A stretch of 33,763 bases of DNA from Octopus bimaculoides. Its lineage: Eukaryota. The stretch spans positions 49,193,190-49,226,952 of the forward strand of contig NC_068993.1 of assembly GCF_001194135.2 (NCBI RefSeq). Direction: 5' to 3'. Position 1 is the first letter of the stretch, and the number at the start of each line of letters is the position of its first letter. A program made the translations under genes and the position numbers. Shown one piece after another: positions 10,845-22,793 of the stretch. The notes under the pieces are model-generated. The model did no database searches. It was not told the DNA's origin and saw only the letters and a program-made list of their open reading frames with translations.

Positions 10845-11115
10845 CTATGTGGTTTTAAGAAATTTGTTGGCAACTTTGCAGATCCAGGTTCAATTTCGCT
10901 GCGTGGGCACATTCTACAAACGTCTTACACTTTAGATTTAGGTTGGCCCATTCTTTGAATGTGTAAAGAGACGGCACTGTAGGTCGAAAAGAGACTTGGT
11001 CTTTCATTAGATGAGTTCGATGAAATGAGAATGAAATAATTACTGTTGACTGAGTCCTTGTGACTGCTCCAGTATGACTGTGGACCAGTGATGACGTCAG
11101 TAAAATATTAAAAGA
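10845..11115 (+). mobile_element. Very degenerate family A SINE
   Basis: GCTATGTGG...GGTTCAAT...CTGCGTGGGCAC head and TGCTCCAGTATG tail motif. Confidence 0.4.
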
Positions 11116-11829
11116 AAGAAGAGCAAAACGATTGTCATTGGTACATATTGAAATATTACCTCACTTTCCTATATCTATGTGTGTATACACACACGCAGAG
11201 TTTTAAAAAAATACGTATACTTGAACAGCAACCGGGTATAAACGCGTACACGCGCATGTATGCTTCCCAACTAGCTGCATGTGCTCACATAACCTTTGCT
11301 ATACGAACACACACATCAACAGTTAGCAAAACACAATCGTAACTACATTTCTTTGCATATCTCCGCGCAACCAATTACATAAGTACATATACATACGGTC
11401 ATATATGTGAAAACATCGTATATATATATATATAACATATATTCCATTTTTCCGGCGGAAGCATCACAGTTACAACTTACCTAATTCAATCCCTGACCTT
11501 TAAGTATTTTACCGTTTATCTTACAAACTTCCAAAGACAACGTTCTACGAGTTATTTACTTGTCTCATTTCTTTCTACTTCTATTATAATATGCCAGTCG
11601 CTTGCAGTTTGTGAAATTTAATTCTTCTCTCAATCTTTTCATTGCATTTCGTTTGCGGCGTGTTCAGTTCTTCTTGCATTCTTCGAGTTTCTATCTCTCC
11701 CAAGATTGTCGATATCTCTCTGGAATGTGATCGATGCCATACATTAGAGAAGAAGATTTAGCGAGTTAGGTTACAACCGTCAAACACCTTGTTCGTCTTA
11801 TCAAATCACACATATCCATGAAATTTTGC

Positions 11830-12402
11830 GGATCTATTTTAAAACGGGGGCCACATTTTTCATTAATGTTTTACGTAGTGTTTTTGGTACGGAAAGACTT
11901 TCAAACTTCGTATACTTATCTATTTTGTGTTATAGAACAGAAAAATATTTTTGTATTCGAATTTATTTCATGTAAAAAATTGTCTTATTTCGATAATTTC
12001 AACCAATCACTGACAAGTATTCAGTTGTTTATATTTACTCCTTTGGCTGATTAAGCGATGTAAAGCGTATTTAATCTCCAGACCTTCGTTTTATTTGCTT
12101 TTTTCATTTTAAATTTGCTTTAACCCTAACCCTAACCCTAACCCTAGGGTTAGGGTTAGGGTTTATTGTTTCAGAATCGTTTGTTTATGTAGTCGGCACT
12201 TAATGTATATCGGCTGAATGGACGTCAGTGATTGGTTGAAATTACAGAAATACGACAACTTTAACATGGAATAACTTAGGGATTTCTTTTTTTTTAAGAA
12301 GACTAAGAGAAAAAGATGTTTTATATGACACATTCTACCAGTGTTCCAAGTTTCAAAGTGTTTCGTTAATGAAAAATGTGGCCCCCGTTTTAAAAAGGAT
12401 CC
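11830..12402. mobile_element. Non-autonomous foldback DNA transposon (MITE) with 8-bp TSD and central inverted telomeric repeat
   Basis: TIRs 11830-11866/12366-12402 (35/37, ends GGATC); perfect TSD AATTTTGC at 11822-11829 and 12403-12410; perfect 20-bp inner IR 11995-12014/12224-12243; core at 12121-12163. Confidence 0.9.
12121..12163. repeat. Inverted telomeric repeat (TAACCC)4-TA-(GGGTTA)2GGGTT
   Basis: Read directly; 12128-12163 is a perfect 36-bp palindrome. Confidence 0.95.
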
Positions 12403-14624
12403 AATTTTGCTAACACGGCGCTATTCTTCTACACTTACATTGTAAAACACTCCTGAAATTATGTTGTTTTTTTTCTTTTTTTTTTTTGGTTAGAATTTGT
12501 TACGTTGACATAAATATAGTCAATTGAATCGATCCTAGCACACGTTTAGTAAATATTTATTGATGCACATGAAATAAAGGACATAAAAATTCTTTTCGGC
12601 TGGATTTCAACTCGGACATTTTTATAGCGACGTAGCTAAATACTTCAAAACTATTCTTTTTTCGGCGCTCTACATTATAGTTTTATCATGATATAATAAC
12701 TTTGATACAAGGGTATATTTGTTCATATGGCTGTGGGTATATATGGAACGAAACACAAATTCGCCCATTTTGAAACATACAGGACACGTGTTAATTTCTA
12801 ATGATAGTTTGTCTAATACTATAATTTTTTCCCGCTAAAATGCCCTTATATTAATATCCAGTTTTGGAGAATGTTCTTCTGATAATACTATTTAATTTAA
12901 TTTTAAAGAGGAGTAACGTTAATAATTCATCACGGTACTTATCTGTAGACATAAGCATGCTATAACACTCACTGAACCAGTGTTTGAAATCAGGTCCTAA
13001 TGGGACATAGCTTAATTTTATTAACCACTCTACAACTTAAATAGACTTCTGCCGTTATGAGGCTTTTTTCTCTAAATTAGTATTTCCACTGATCTTCGTG
13101 GTTCAGAGTCGTTTCCTATTTTCTGATTTCACTGACGAGAAACATTTCACTCTGGATAGTACACCAGTCTAGTGAAGGTAACTTTTCTCGTGGGTGGTAT
13201 TACATCTGGCACACCAATCCAGTGAAATAGTCGCTCCTTACGGCGATAAATTAATTGCTCTACCTTTTTGTCCTCATCTCAACTTGATGATCCTCGCCCT
13301 ATTTGTCAGTTAATACCGGGAAATATATTCCTTTACATATATATATATATTCCTTTCTTTCCCGTTCTTTCTTCGCCGTCTCTAATTCTCTTGTATAATT
13401 TTGTTTACGTCTTTTAAAAGTTCTTCCTGTCGTAATCTATTTGTGTCGTTGTCTGAAGACACAGAATCCCGATCAGTATCACATTGTACAGATGCAGCAT
13501 AAAGGAATAAAAGAAAAATTGCTTCCGAATAATTCTTCAAATTTCAGAAGAAAGAACATGAAATTCATTACGACGATAGATATCGATTTTCCAAACATTT
13601 ATTTTTACTTTTGTTTTTTAAATTCTTCCATCCCTTCTTTCATTAATTTTATTATATTTTGTTTGTTTAATATATTTACTTCACCATGTCTCTACTCCTC
13701 AGTCGTCATTGTATTGCTTTCGTTTCGTGCATAGTTTGGTCCCATAATTTATCTGAATATTTAATTTACATTATGAAATGAAATTCAATTAAAATAACTT
13801 TATTATTCCTAAGATTGTTTGTTTTATGCAATATGTCGTGCTGCTATTTATTTGAAATTGTACTAACCCATGTCTATATACGCTTATTATATAACAAATT
13901 AGATATATAATTTATAAACTAGGACGTGATTTTAAAATGAGCGAATTGTACATACTGAGATCGCTTATGTATATCAGGAACGTACCGCCTTAGTAAGCAA
14001 GGTAAGCAGTGGATACATAAACAACCTGAAATTACAAATATCAAATATAATAAGTAAATAATTTCCAATTCATTGTAAAATACTAATTTGATGCTTGGAA
14101 CTCAATGTATACTTTAGTAAATAGTTAATAGTTTGATGTTAAACAGGTATAATTGGTGTTGACTTTCAACTTGGATGTAAATTTGTTTTTGTTCAATACT
14201 ATTACTAAGAGTGTGAGAGTGCTTGTTAATTTATATGCCTACATCCAAGTACGTGCGTGTGTGTGTGTGTCTGCATGAAAGAGAGAGAGGGAAAAACAGT
14301 AAAAAAAATACTAACTGAGAAAGTACTTAATATTTAGAAATTATTATTTTGACACTTATTTCAAAGTTTTGCTGCTGGCAAAACTTTATCTTAGTTCTTT
14401 ACTTGTAGGTAACAGTTGTATGTCTAAAACTAACTGTGGCTTGGCTCAAGTGGAGGTGGAGTATATAGAAGCTAATTCCAGGTGCAAGAAATTGTTGAAT
14501 TGTAGAATGATTAGAATATTACGAAAATGAAATGCACTCTAACGTCATAAAAGCATATTAAACAAAAACATACTACACCTAACCAGAAACTCGTAGAATA
14601 TATTACGAAAATATTGGTTTTAGA

Positions 14625-14788
14625 TTTTGGCACAAGGCCAGCATTTCAGGGGACCCCAGTGTTTAGCTGGTACACATTATATTAACCCCGAAAGGATGAA
14701 AGGCAATGTCTACCCCGGTGGAATTTGAAATCAGAACGTGCAGACGGACGAAATGCTGCCCGGTGTGCTCACGATTCTGCCTGCTCGC
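14625..14788 (-). mobile_element. Family B SINE (internally deleted)
   Basis: GGCACAAGGCCAGCA, CCCCGAAAGGATGAAAGGCAA and GGAATTTGAAATCAGAACG motifs. Confidence 0.8.
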
Positions 14789-14813
14789 TTTATATATATA
14801 TATATATATATAT

Positions 14814-14823
14814 NNNNNNNNNN
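14814..14823. other. Assembly gap (10 N)
   Basis: N bases following (TA)n. Confidence 1.
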
Positions 14824-14839
14824 CGCTCAGCAATAGAGA

Positions 14840-14925
14840 AAATCTTTGATGTTTCGAGCCTACGCTCTTCAACTGAAAGGAACACAGAAAGAAATAAAGG
14901 GAGAAACAAGAAGAAAAAAAAATGT
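14840..14925 (-). mobile_element. Repeat fragment with a degenerate hammerhead-like motif
   Basis: Minus strand CTTT-CAGTTGAA-GAGC-GTAG-GCTC-GAAAC-ATC-AAAG. Confidence 0.5.
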
Positions 14926-15737
14926 AGTGGTCAGCGATCTATCATGATATATATATATATATATATATATTATAAAAATATTTGGATGAAGACATTCTCA
15001 TCAACATGAAATAACTTCCTTGCGAGCCAATCAACGTACTTCACACAACCTATGTAATAGATAAATCTGAATGTAGATATAAGAATTGTAAACTTCATGA
15101 TTCGCACTGTTATATCAGGTATCCTAGTACGACACTTTTTCGTCGGTAAACTATGCATTTATAACAAGGAGCCATTGTAACTCATATCATACGAAATGAA
15201 ATCAGACAAATGTTTGTTCGCAGTACTAGCGTTTTATAAAGAATTCCACTAAGAACGAGAAGTGTATCATGGAAGCTTTATTAATAGAAAAATACGAAAC
15301 AAAATTTAGGTAGATAACAGCACAAGTAAAAGTAATCGACGAAATCTACAAGGGTTTTTCTGTTGAATAGTTTAAGTATACCATTGACAATTTTATTAGT
15401 TATAACAGTATTCCCATGATCATTTTGCTGTTTACTGCAAAGCGCAAAAACAATACGCTAATACTACAATCATTTTATTCAGCTAAGGGGAACGAGATAG
15501 TTTTGAAACGTTAATGGATTTCAGAACACTTTTGTTCCAAACGAAGCATAAGAAACTAATAAGGAAATATGTCAAATCTTTGATAAATTGAAGAGCAAAC
15601 TGGAACACAATTGTATTTTCATTACAACACTTACACGCGGTTAGATACATCGATAAATGTAGATACGTACACTTGTGCGCTTGCTCACGAGAGAAGGAAA
15701 AAATATGTATGACTGCCAATATGCGCACGCGCGTACA

Positions 15738-15768
<31 letters not shown>

Positions 15769-18362
15769 ACACGCACTTATGTACACATACGTGTGATTAC
15801 TTATTGTATACATATGTGTATGTGCACGTGTGTGTGTATACATGAATGCTAATCATTAGTCTTAATATATGGTCGAACGCTAATCTAGTAGTCCTAATCG
15901 AAGTTAATTTTTAATGAGACAATCATTTCTTGCTCACGTCTATCAGGTAAATAAATAATTAGTCATTTCGATTGTGTTTTGTTCTTTCGCTCACTTCGCT
16001 GGTTGTTTTCGTATATATTTATTTGGATGTAAGCGGTATTTATCGTTGCAAATTGCTGTCATCCGACTAATAGTTCTAGTTTGCTAAGGATTACTTACTA
16101 ATGACTTAAAGATCTGTTATGTCGAAGCTTTAAATAGACGTTATTTTAAAACATTTGGTGTCCGGTCGATTATACAAGGTTTCCGTAATGACGTGCCATG
16201 TGTCTTTATTTTGAAGTGGATTTGCCAGCCGATTATAGTAGTTTAGTTTTGTTCTTTGTCTTAATCGAAACCACTAAACTTATATTGCAATAAACAACGC
16301 ACTTATCTATATTTCGCTCTTAGCATTGTGTGTAAAACGTACAAAGGAGGAATTACTAAAATTATTTTGTTAAACTCGTAACTCAATATGGAAATCTCTT
16401 TACACACACAAAAATATATAAATGTTGACTGTTTCAAGATTTCTCTATAGATGTCGTTGCTTTTACATTTTTTTCCCCATATATTATTGCTTCACAAAAA
16501 AACAAAAAAAAAAGCCCTTTTCAATTTTTCTAAATTATTAATTAAGTCATTATTTCAAATTATTCATTTGAAATAAGGAATAATTATTTTAGTAGGATTA
16601 TGAAAATTTATAACTAAATGATTTTGAAGCTAAAATAACCAAATCACTGGACATATTGAAAACAAAATCGAGCCATACACTCACCCACTTACCAACCCAC
16701 CCTCACACACACACACAGTATCATAGCTTATGGTTTTCAATAAAAGTTTTAAAAATCATTATAATTGTATGCGTTGAAATTGCATAAGATAATTATGTAA
16801 GAGTTAGCAGGTAAAAATTGAAGCATGGAGTTTTGATTTACATTTACATCTAGACTTGCACAATAATTAAAATTTATCTAGTATAAATTATTGATTTTTA
16901 ACATTCATATAAAACTAAAATAGTTTTACTTTTTTTTTTTTCAAATCAGATAAGATAAACGAAATATCAAATACATTTTCCATTACTAATGATAAATCTT
17001 ATGAATGAATTAAATTTTCATTCTTTTCAAAGACCTTAAACCGTTCTTATGAATCTTGGAAATTAATTTTTATAAAATTATAATTGGCTATCGAAGCTAT
17101 TTTATACTACTCAAGCTAAGCTTGCTAGTTATAATAAACTAAGATTACAGATTTGAAATTACTTATTTATACAATGGTTACGATGTTTTGTCATTTAATG
17201 AAATTTACTTTAAAAGCTTTCTCAAGGAAGATGATTTGAATACATTTTCTGTGCGGTGAATTTGAAAGATATTTCAGCTTTATTTGTAAACAGGAGCTGC
17301 AATGACTAAAACAACATTGTATAAGTATCAACTAACTATAAAACTCCAAATATGTTGTTTCAGAGTGGTGGAAGTAGTTGTCATAATGGTGATAGCAGTT
17401 AATTCTTTGCTGGTATAATTTACAGCTATTAATGGTAACTGAGCTATATGTTAAGAATTTCTGATTTCAAAGTCACTGATTTGGCAATGCACTCAAAGGT
17501 GTTTTATGTTGTCTGGTTTTGTAAGGATTATTATCAGAACACAAATATTTTCTAGTCACTGGAGTGTGCTGTTTCCACAAAGCTATGATTGGCGCTTTAA
17601 AGAGTATGTGTATGTATGTGTATGCGAATTTGTATCTATGTGCATGTGTAAGTGTATGTATATATACTTATAAATATATATGTGTGTGTGTTTATTTATA
17701 TATATATATAATGTATGCGCACACACATATTATTCATAAGTTTCTGCCTTTTGCATTGTTAGTCATTATTTGTGGAAGTTCAGTTATTGACAATCCTATA
17801 ATCGGATAAGTCTTCGCATGATTTCTTCTTCCCATTTGTATATGATTTCAAATTCTCTGTCTGATGTTCCATTGAAAAGAATACTTGTTGTTTAGAAACT
17901 TCTTTTCAAATTAACTTACCGCAGTGATTTTTTATGTTTCCGATGTGTCAAATTATATAAAAATTTCACTCGACTCAAAAAACTTCTTGTATTCTTTTCA
18001 TCTCACCTAGTCAATCCTTAGCTGTGAATACACATTTCTAATTTATGGGGTATAATATTCAAAAGAGGGTTTATTTATATCTTTATTTTTTTCCTTTTTT
18101 CATTCTTTTTTTCTTCTATGTGATGTAAGAACTCTACTAATTTTTCTCTTTTTTTTTTTCTTTTTTTCCCCCCCACATTCTTAATTAGTCGCAAGCTTTA
18201 GAAATAATGAGAAAGCAAAGTTTTTTGTTCCTTTTATTCAAAGCTGTCAGTTATATACAAGTTATATATAAGAAAATATGCTTATTATCAGGTATTTGCA
18301 TCAAAAGTTTTATAGGTGATCAACAAACACTCATAATGAGGTGAACAATGTATAATTATTAA

Positions 18363-18588
18363 CCCTTTTGTAACTGAATTTCTGTTAAAATACACTACCA
18401 TACCTTCAATTAATTTTGAAAATAATGAAAAATTTATTAAAATAATAATTCATCATTATTAAGCTGGTATTTAGAACTTAAATTTACCTGGAATTTTGCG
18501 GGGGGGGGGGTTACTTTAGATCAGTTTAAAGCAGAAAGATTGTATTATAGAACCAAGGGCAGTTCCAGACAGGTTGTTATCAGAAGGG
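18363..18588. mobile_element. piggyBac-like MITE
   Basis: Left end TTAA|CCCTTTTGTAAC; right end GTTATCAGAAGGG|TTGA. CCC/GGG termini with a TTAA target (right copy mutated) are the piggyBac signature. Confidence 0.6.
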
Positions 18589-18787
18589 TTGAAACCTTTT
18601 GGGAGATTTGGTGTTTTAAATTTACATGTCTAAAAATATTTGAAATTTTCAACTTTAAATTTATATATTTAATTCCTTTTCATTGCACAAAAAATATTTT
18701 AAATTGACTTATCTTATTCTTATTATAGTTAGCGTTTCAAATTGTTTTTGAATCATTAAGAATTTGTATTGTTTTCTAAGGAATATA

Positions 18788-19084
18788 CAGGGTTTCCACA
18801 AAATCTGGGTACATGGGGATTAACACATACTTTAAGAAATTATTATTTCTTATATTTAATTGTTCCTGTTATGATTTTATTTACTCCATGTAGCCACATG
18901 GAGATTAGCACATACTTTAAGAAATTATTATTTCTTATATTTAATTGTTTCTGTTATGATTTTATTAACTCCATGTTGCCACATGGGGATTAATACATAC
19001 ATTAAGAAATTACTATTTCCTATATTTAATTGTTTATGTTATGATTTTATTTACTCCACGTACCCAGACCTTGTGGACACCCTG
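18788..19084. mobile_element. Tc1/mariner-type MITE containing three 85-bp tandem units
   Basis: 29-bp TIRs (25/29) starting CAGGGT, TA on both sides (18786-18787, 19085-19086); internal units start at 18812, 18897 and 18982. Confidence 0.85.
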
Positions 19085-19139
19085 TAGAATATAGCTACCA
19101 TATATTATGAAGTTAGTGACAAAAGTCAGTACACACACA

Positions 19140-19175
<36 letters not shown>

Positions 19176-19337
19176 CTTATTTCTGAAAGGTTTTTACTGA
19201 ATCATTTCCTAAATAGCTAAAACCTGTTGACATCTTACCTGTTCCTGTAAGATATATTTTATGCAGTATAGATATCTATATAGTTGTAATTTAACAGTGA
19301 TACTATACGTTTTATAGATGGGGGTGTGTGTTCAATC

Positions 19338-19778
19338 NNNNNNNNNNNNNNNNNNNNNNNNNNNNNNNNNNNNNNNNNNNNNNNNNNNNNNNNNNNNNNN
19401 NNNNNNNNNNNNNNNNNNNNNNNNNNNNNNNNNNNNNNNNNNNNNNNNNNNNNNNNNNNNNNNNNNNNNNNNNNNNNNNNNNNNNNNNNNNNNNNNNNNN
19501 NNNNNNNNNNNNNNNNNNNNNNNNNNNNNNNNNNNNNNNNNNNNNNNNNNNNNNNNNNNNNNNNNNNNNNNNNNNNNNNNNNNNNNNNNNNNNNNNNNNN
19601 NNNNNNNNNNNNNNNNNNNNNNNNNNNNNNNNNNNNNNNNNNNNNNNNNNNNNNNNNNNNNNNNNNNNNNNNNNNNNNNNNNNNNNNNNNNNNNNNNNNN
19701 NNNNNNNNNNNNNNNNNNNNNNNNNNNNNNNNNNNNNNNNNNNNNNNNNNNNNNNNNNNNNNNNNNNNNNNNNNNNNN
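19338..19778. other. Assembly gap (N-run)
   Basis: N bases. Confidence 1.
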
Positions 19779-19927
19779 AAGTAGCTTGCTTACCAGCCAC
19801 ATGGTTCCGGGTTCAGTCCCACTGTGTGGCACCTTGGGCAAGTGTTTTCTGCTATAGCCTCGGGCCGACCAAAGCCTTGTGAGTGGATTTGGTAGACAGA
19901 AACTGAAAGAAGCCTGTCGCATATATG

Positions 19928-19968
<41 letters not shown>

Positions 19969-20137
19969 CTGTGTTTGTCCCCCCAACATCGCTTGACAAC
20001 CGAGGCTGGTTCGGCAAAAGAGACCGATAGAATAAGTACTAGGCTTACAAAGAATAAGTCCTGGGGTCAATTTGCTCGACTAAAGGCGGTGCTCCAGCAT
20101 GGCTGCAGTCAAATGACTGAAACAAGTAAAAGAGTAA
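19779..20137 (+). mobile_element. Family A SINE with internal (TA)n(TG)n microsatellite
   Basis: GGGTTCAGTCCC B-box-like, GGCACCTTGGGCAAG block, AAACTGAAAGAAGCC, tail AATGACTGAAACAAGTAAAAGAG; collinear with 30030-30496. Confidence 0.9.
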
Positions 20138-20743
20138 TACACACACAAAATTTCCAAATGTGTGTTTTTATACAGGTTAAAAAAAAGAAGTCATTTGTTT
20201 TACACTAAAATGATTTAGAAAACCATAAATATAATAAACACCACAACTTTTGATTTCCTTTCTGCTACCTCAAAGTGATCCTCATGTACATTACTGTATA
20301 AGGAACTATCATTGTTCTATTTATATTTGATTCCCTTGTGGCCCAGAAGATTATCAGGCCACCAATTGTTCGTTAACCTCTGTGACATAGAACATGCAAT
20401 GGTTGTTTGGGATAATTGCAGATAGCATTTTTTCACAACAATTTCACTTTCAAACAACAGTCTTCTGTCTTTGTGCAGCTGCTTACATATTTCTTAAGCT
20501 ATTTTCTCTCTATTAATTTATCTTGTTTGCTTATCTTTCAACTTCAGCCATTCCTTCACATAAAGCATCTAACCACAATCAGTACAACCGACACCTATTC
20601 TCCCCTCTTTTCTTGCAACCCTTTCAGCTTCTCCTGCTGATTTGCATGGATAATCTTCTTGCTATGACAAATGACATCTATTACTTTTGTTACTGTTATT
20701 ACAATTATTATTATTACTACAATTAGCATAGCTGTTGCTGTTG

Positions 20744-20745
<2 letters not shown>

Positions 20746-20805
<60 letters not shown>
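20746..20805. repeat. (ATT)20 microsatellite
   Basis: Read directly; source of the poly-Ile ORF. Confidence 0.95.
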
Positions 20806-21094
20806 GTTATTATTTTCTGCTATAGTGAAGGGAAAAATATCCTGAACAAAATGATTTACAAAGAGGAAATCTCCATTAGAGTTTGTTGTTAAATCTAAGT
20901 GTTCTGCTTCATAACCAAACTTCTTACCTTCAGGCAGTTCTTCAAACTCTTTGAAGTAGCTAAATGTTCCTGGTGCTTATTTGAGTTAAACACATTTTCA
21001 AGAATTAACTCTTGAGATTGGACATAACACTAATTTCATTTTATAAAGGGGGTTTATAAGAGATGAAAGTGAATATACATGCACAGACACCCAC

Positions 21095-21320
21095 TCTCTA
21101 TCTCGCTTTCTCTCTCTTTTTCACATGTGTACACACAGACACACACTTACACACATAAACGCACTCTCCTACTGTGTGTGTATGTATGTGTGTCTGTCTG
21201 TCTTTCTGTCTTTCTGTCTCCCCCTCTCTCTCTCTCTTCTTTGTTTTTCTCATTCACTGTTTCCCTCTCTCTTCTCCTTTCACTGTCTTTCTCTTACAGT
21301 CTCTCTCTCTCTCTCCCTTC
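21095..21320. repeat. CT/CA/TG-rich low-complexity tract
   Basis: Read directly. Confidence 0.85.
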
Positions 21321-22611
21321 ACTTGTCTATCAAGCAATAGTTTTTTTTTTATTTATCCTGAGTACTGGTATTGTTAGGGTCTCTCAAGCATTTTTCTATT
21401 CTATGTGAACTATGGCCAAATCTTCCACGGGAGTTTATCTTGTATGGTTAAGTCATTTGAGTGTGAACACTGTGTAAATGAAAACTATTGGTGATTTCAC
21501 TATAGAATATGGCACTCCATAATCACAGAACAGACTATTTCAAAATTGTATATACCATAGAATGTTGCCTAAATCTACATATCTAAATATCACAGAAGTC
21601 ATAAACTCCTGTTAAGTTTAATTATTTATTTAAAAAACAGTACTTAATATAGATTGTTAACTAGATTAGCTAACTGTTAACTAGATTAGCTAATTGTTCG
21701 TATTATATACAGGCCCAGTCATTGTTTGAAAGTTGGTACTTATGATACAGACAGACTTCTGCCTAATCTAATCTGCATTCAGTCTCAACATAGCCGTTCT
21801 TCATTTTCAAACTATCATACCATTCAGACATGATGTTGAATCATTGCTTCATTATATAGAAAATGTTGTGCCTTTTAAAGGGTCGGTAGCGACTTAGAGA
21901 TAAGGTATTTTGAGAAAAAAAATTAGCTTAAGTATCCTTAATTCGTTTTGATGTATTTTGGGAAGCTCCATAGTAAATATTACCTCCTAATAGTAAATAT
22001 TGACTTCAGTGACTGCTGGTGAGTATATGAGCCTGTATTTTCTTTTAAGTACTATTTAAAAATTTCATCATCCATTGAAGATATGTTTCAGAGTCTCTTT
22101 AATACAACAGATTATCCTGTCAAATATTGATATAACAGAAGTGCTTGCGCTTATCCGCTTGTGTATGTGTGTGTGTGTGTGTGTGTGCATATGTAAGTTT
22201 ACACACACACACACACCCGCGCATGTGTGTGTGCTGTTGTTGTTGTTGGTCAAGCAGTCCTATGATCAAAGGTGGTCCAGCTTGTATGACCATCTCATCT
22301 TTTTGTTTATCATATGATTGTCCAAAATGCTATTCCTTTTAAAAACAGGGGTGTTATCATTGAGCTGTGTCTTGTTTTGTCCCGTCACTTAAAAGTTCGA
22401 CTTACAAAATTTTGGTGAAATGAATACTGGACAGAAATACGAATTGAGATTGATATAATGGCCTGAAAAAAGAAAGAAATTTTTAAAAGCCTGGAAGGTA
22501 GTGCCCCAGCATGACCGCAATGCAATGACAGAAACTAGTAAAAGAATAAGAAAATACAAACACTTTTATTTCAGTTTTTGCCATGAATAAAACAACAGTT
22601 GACATTATATT

Positions 22612-22793
22612 ATTTCCTACTCTAGGAACAAGGCCTGAAACTTTTGGGGAGGGGGCCAATCGATTAGATCGATCCCTGTACGCAACTGGTACTTGATTTA
22701 TCGACCCCGAAAGGATGAAGGGCAAAGTTGATCTCGGCGGAATTTGAACTCAGAGCATAAAGACAGACGAAAACCCGCTAAGCATTTCGCCCA
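22612..22793 (-). mobile_element. Family B SINE, well preserved
   Basis: TTTATCGACCCCGAAAGGATGAAGGGCAAAG and CGGCGGAATTTGAACTCAG motifs. Confidence 0.85.

Noticed and set aside
11092-11099. Perfect CRE site TGACGTCA
   Set aside because: Single 8-mer inside a decayed SINE tail; not above chance.
11586-11756. Minus-strand open frame of about 57 codons with coiled-coil-like composition
   Set aside because: Length is expected by chance many times in 33 kb, and there is no splice or homology support.
12121-12163. Interpretation as a chromosome end-to-end fusion scar or a true telomere
   Set aside because: Orientation is opposite to a fusion, the tract is only 43 bp, and it lies inside a TSD-flanked element.
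13978-14001. 24-nt open microexon candidate (ERTALVSK) with AAG|GTAAGC donor
   Set aside because: Weak acceptor and no neighbouring exons; expected by chance.
17796-17990. Possible two-exon minus-strand peptide ...HRKHKKSLR/EFEIIYKWEEEIMRRLIRL* using donor GTAAGT at 17919 and a 63-bp intron
   Set aside because: Acceptor lacks a pyrimidine tract, the upstream exon is closed by an in-frame TGA with no good acceptor, and I recognise no homolog.
18812-19060. CRISPR-like array
   Set aside because: Units are contiguous near-identical repeats without unique spacers, inside a eukaryotic MITE.
20569-20661. Minus-strand peptide QEDYPCKSAGEAERVARKEGRIGVGCTDCG*
   Set aside because: Purine-rich, poor acceptor; short; no family recognised.
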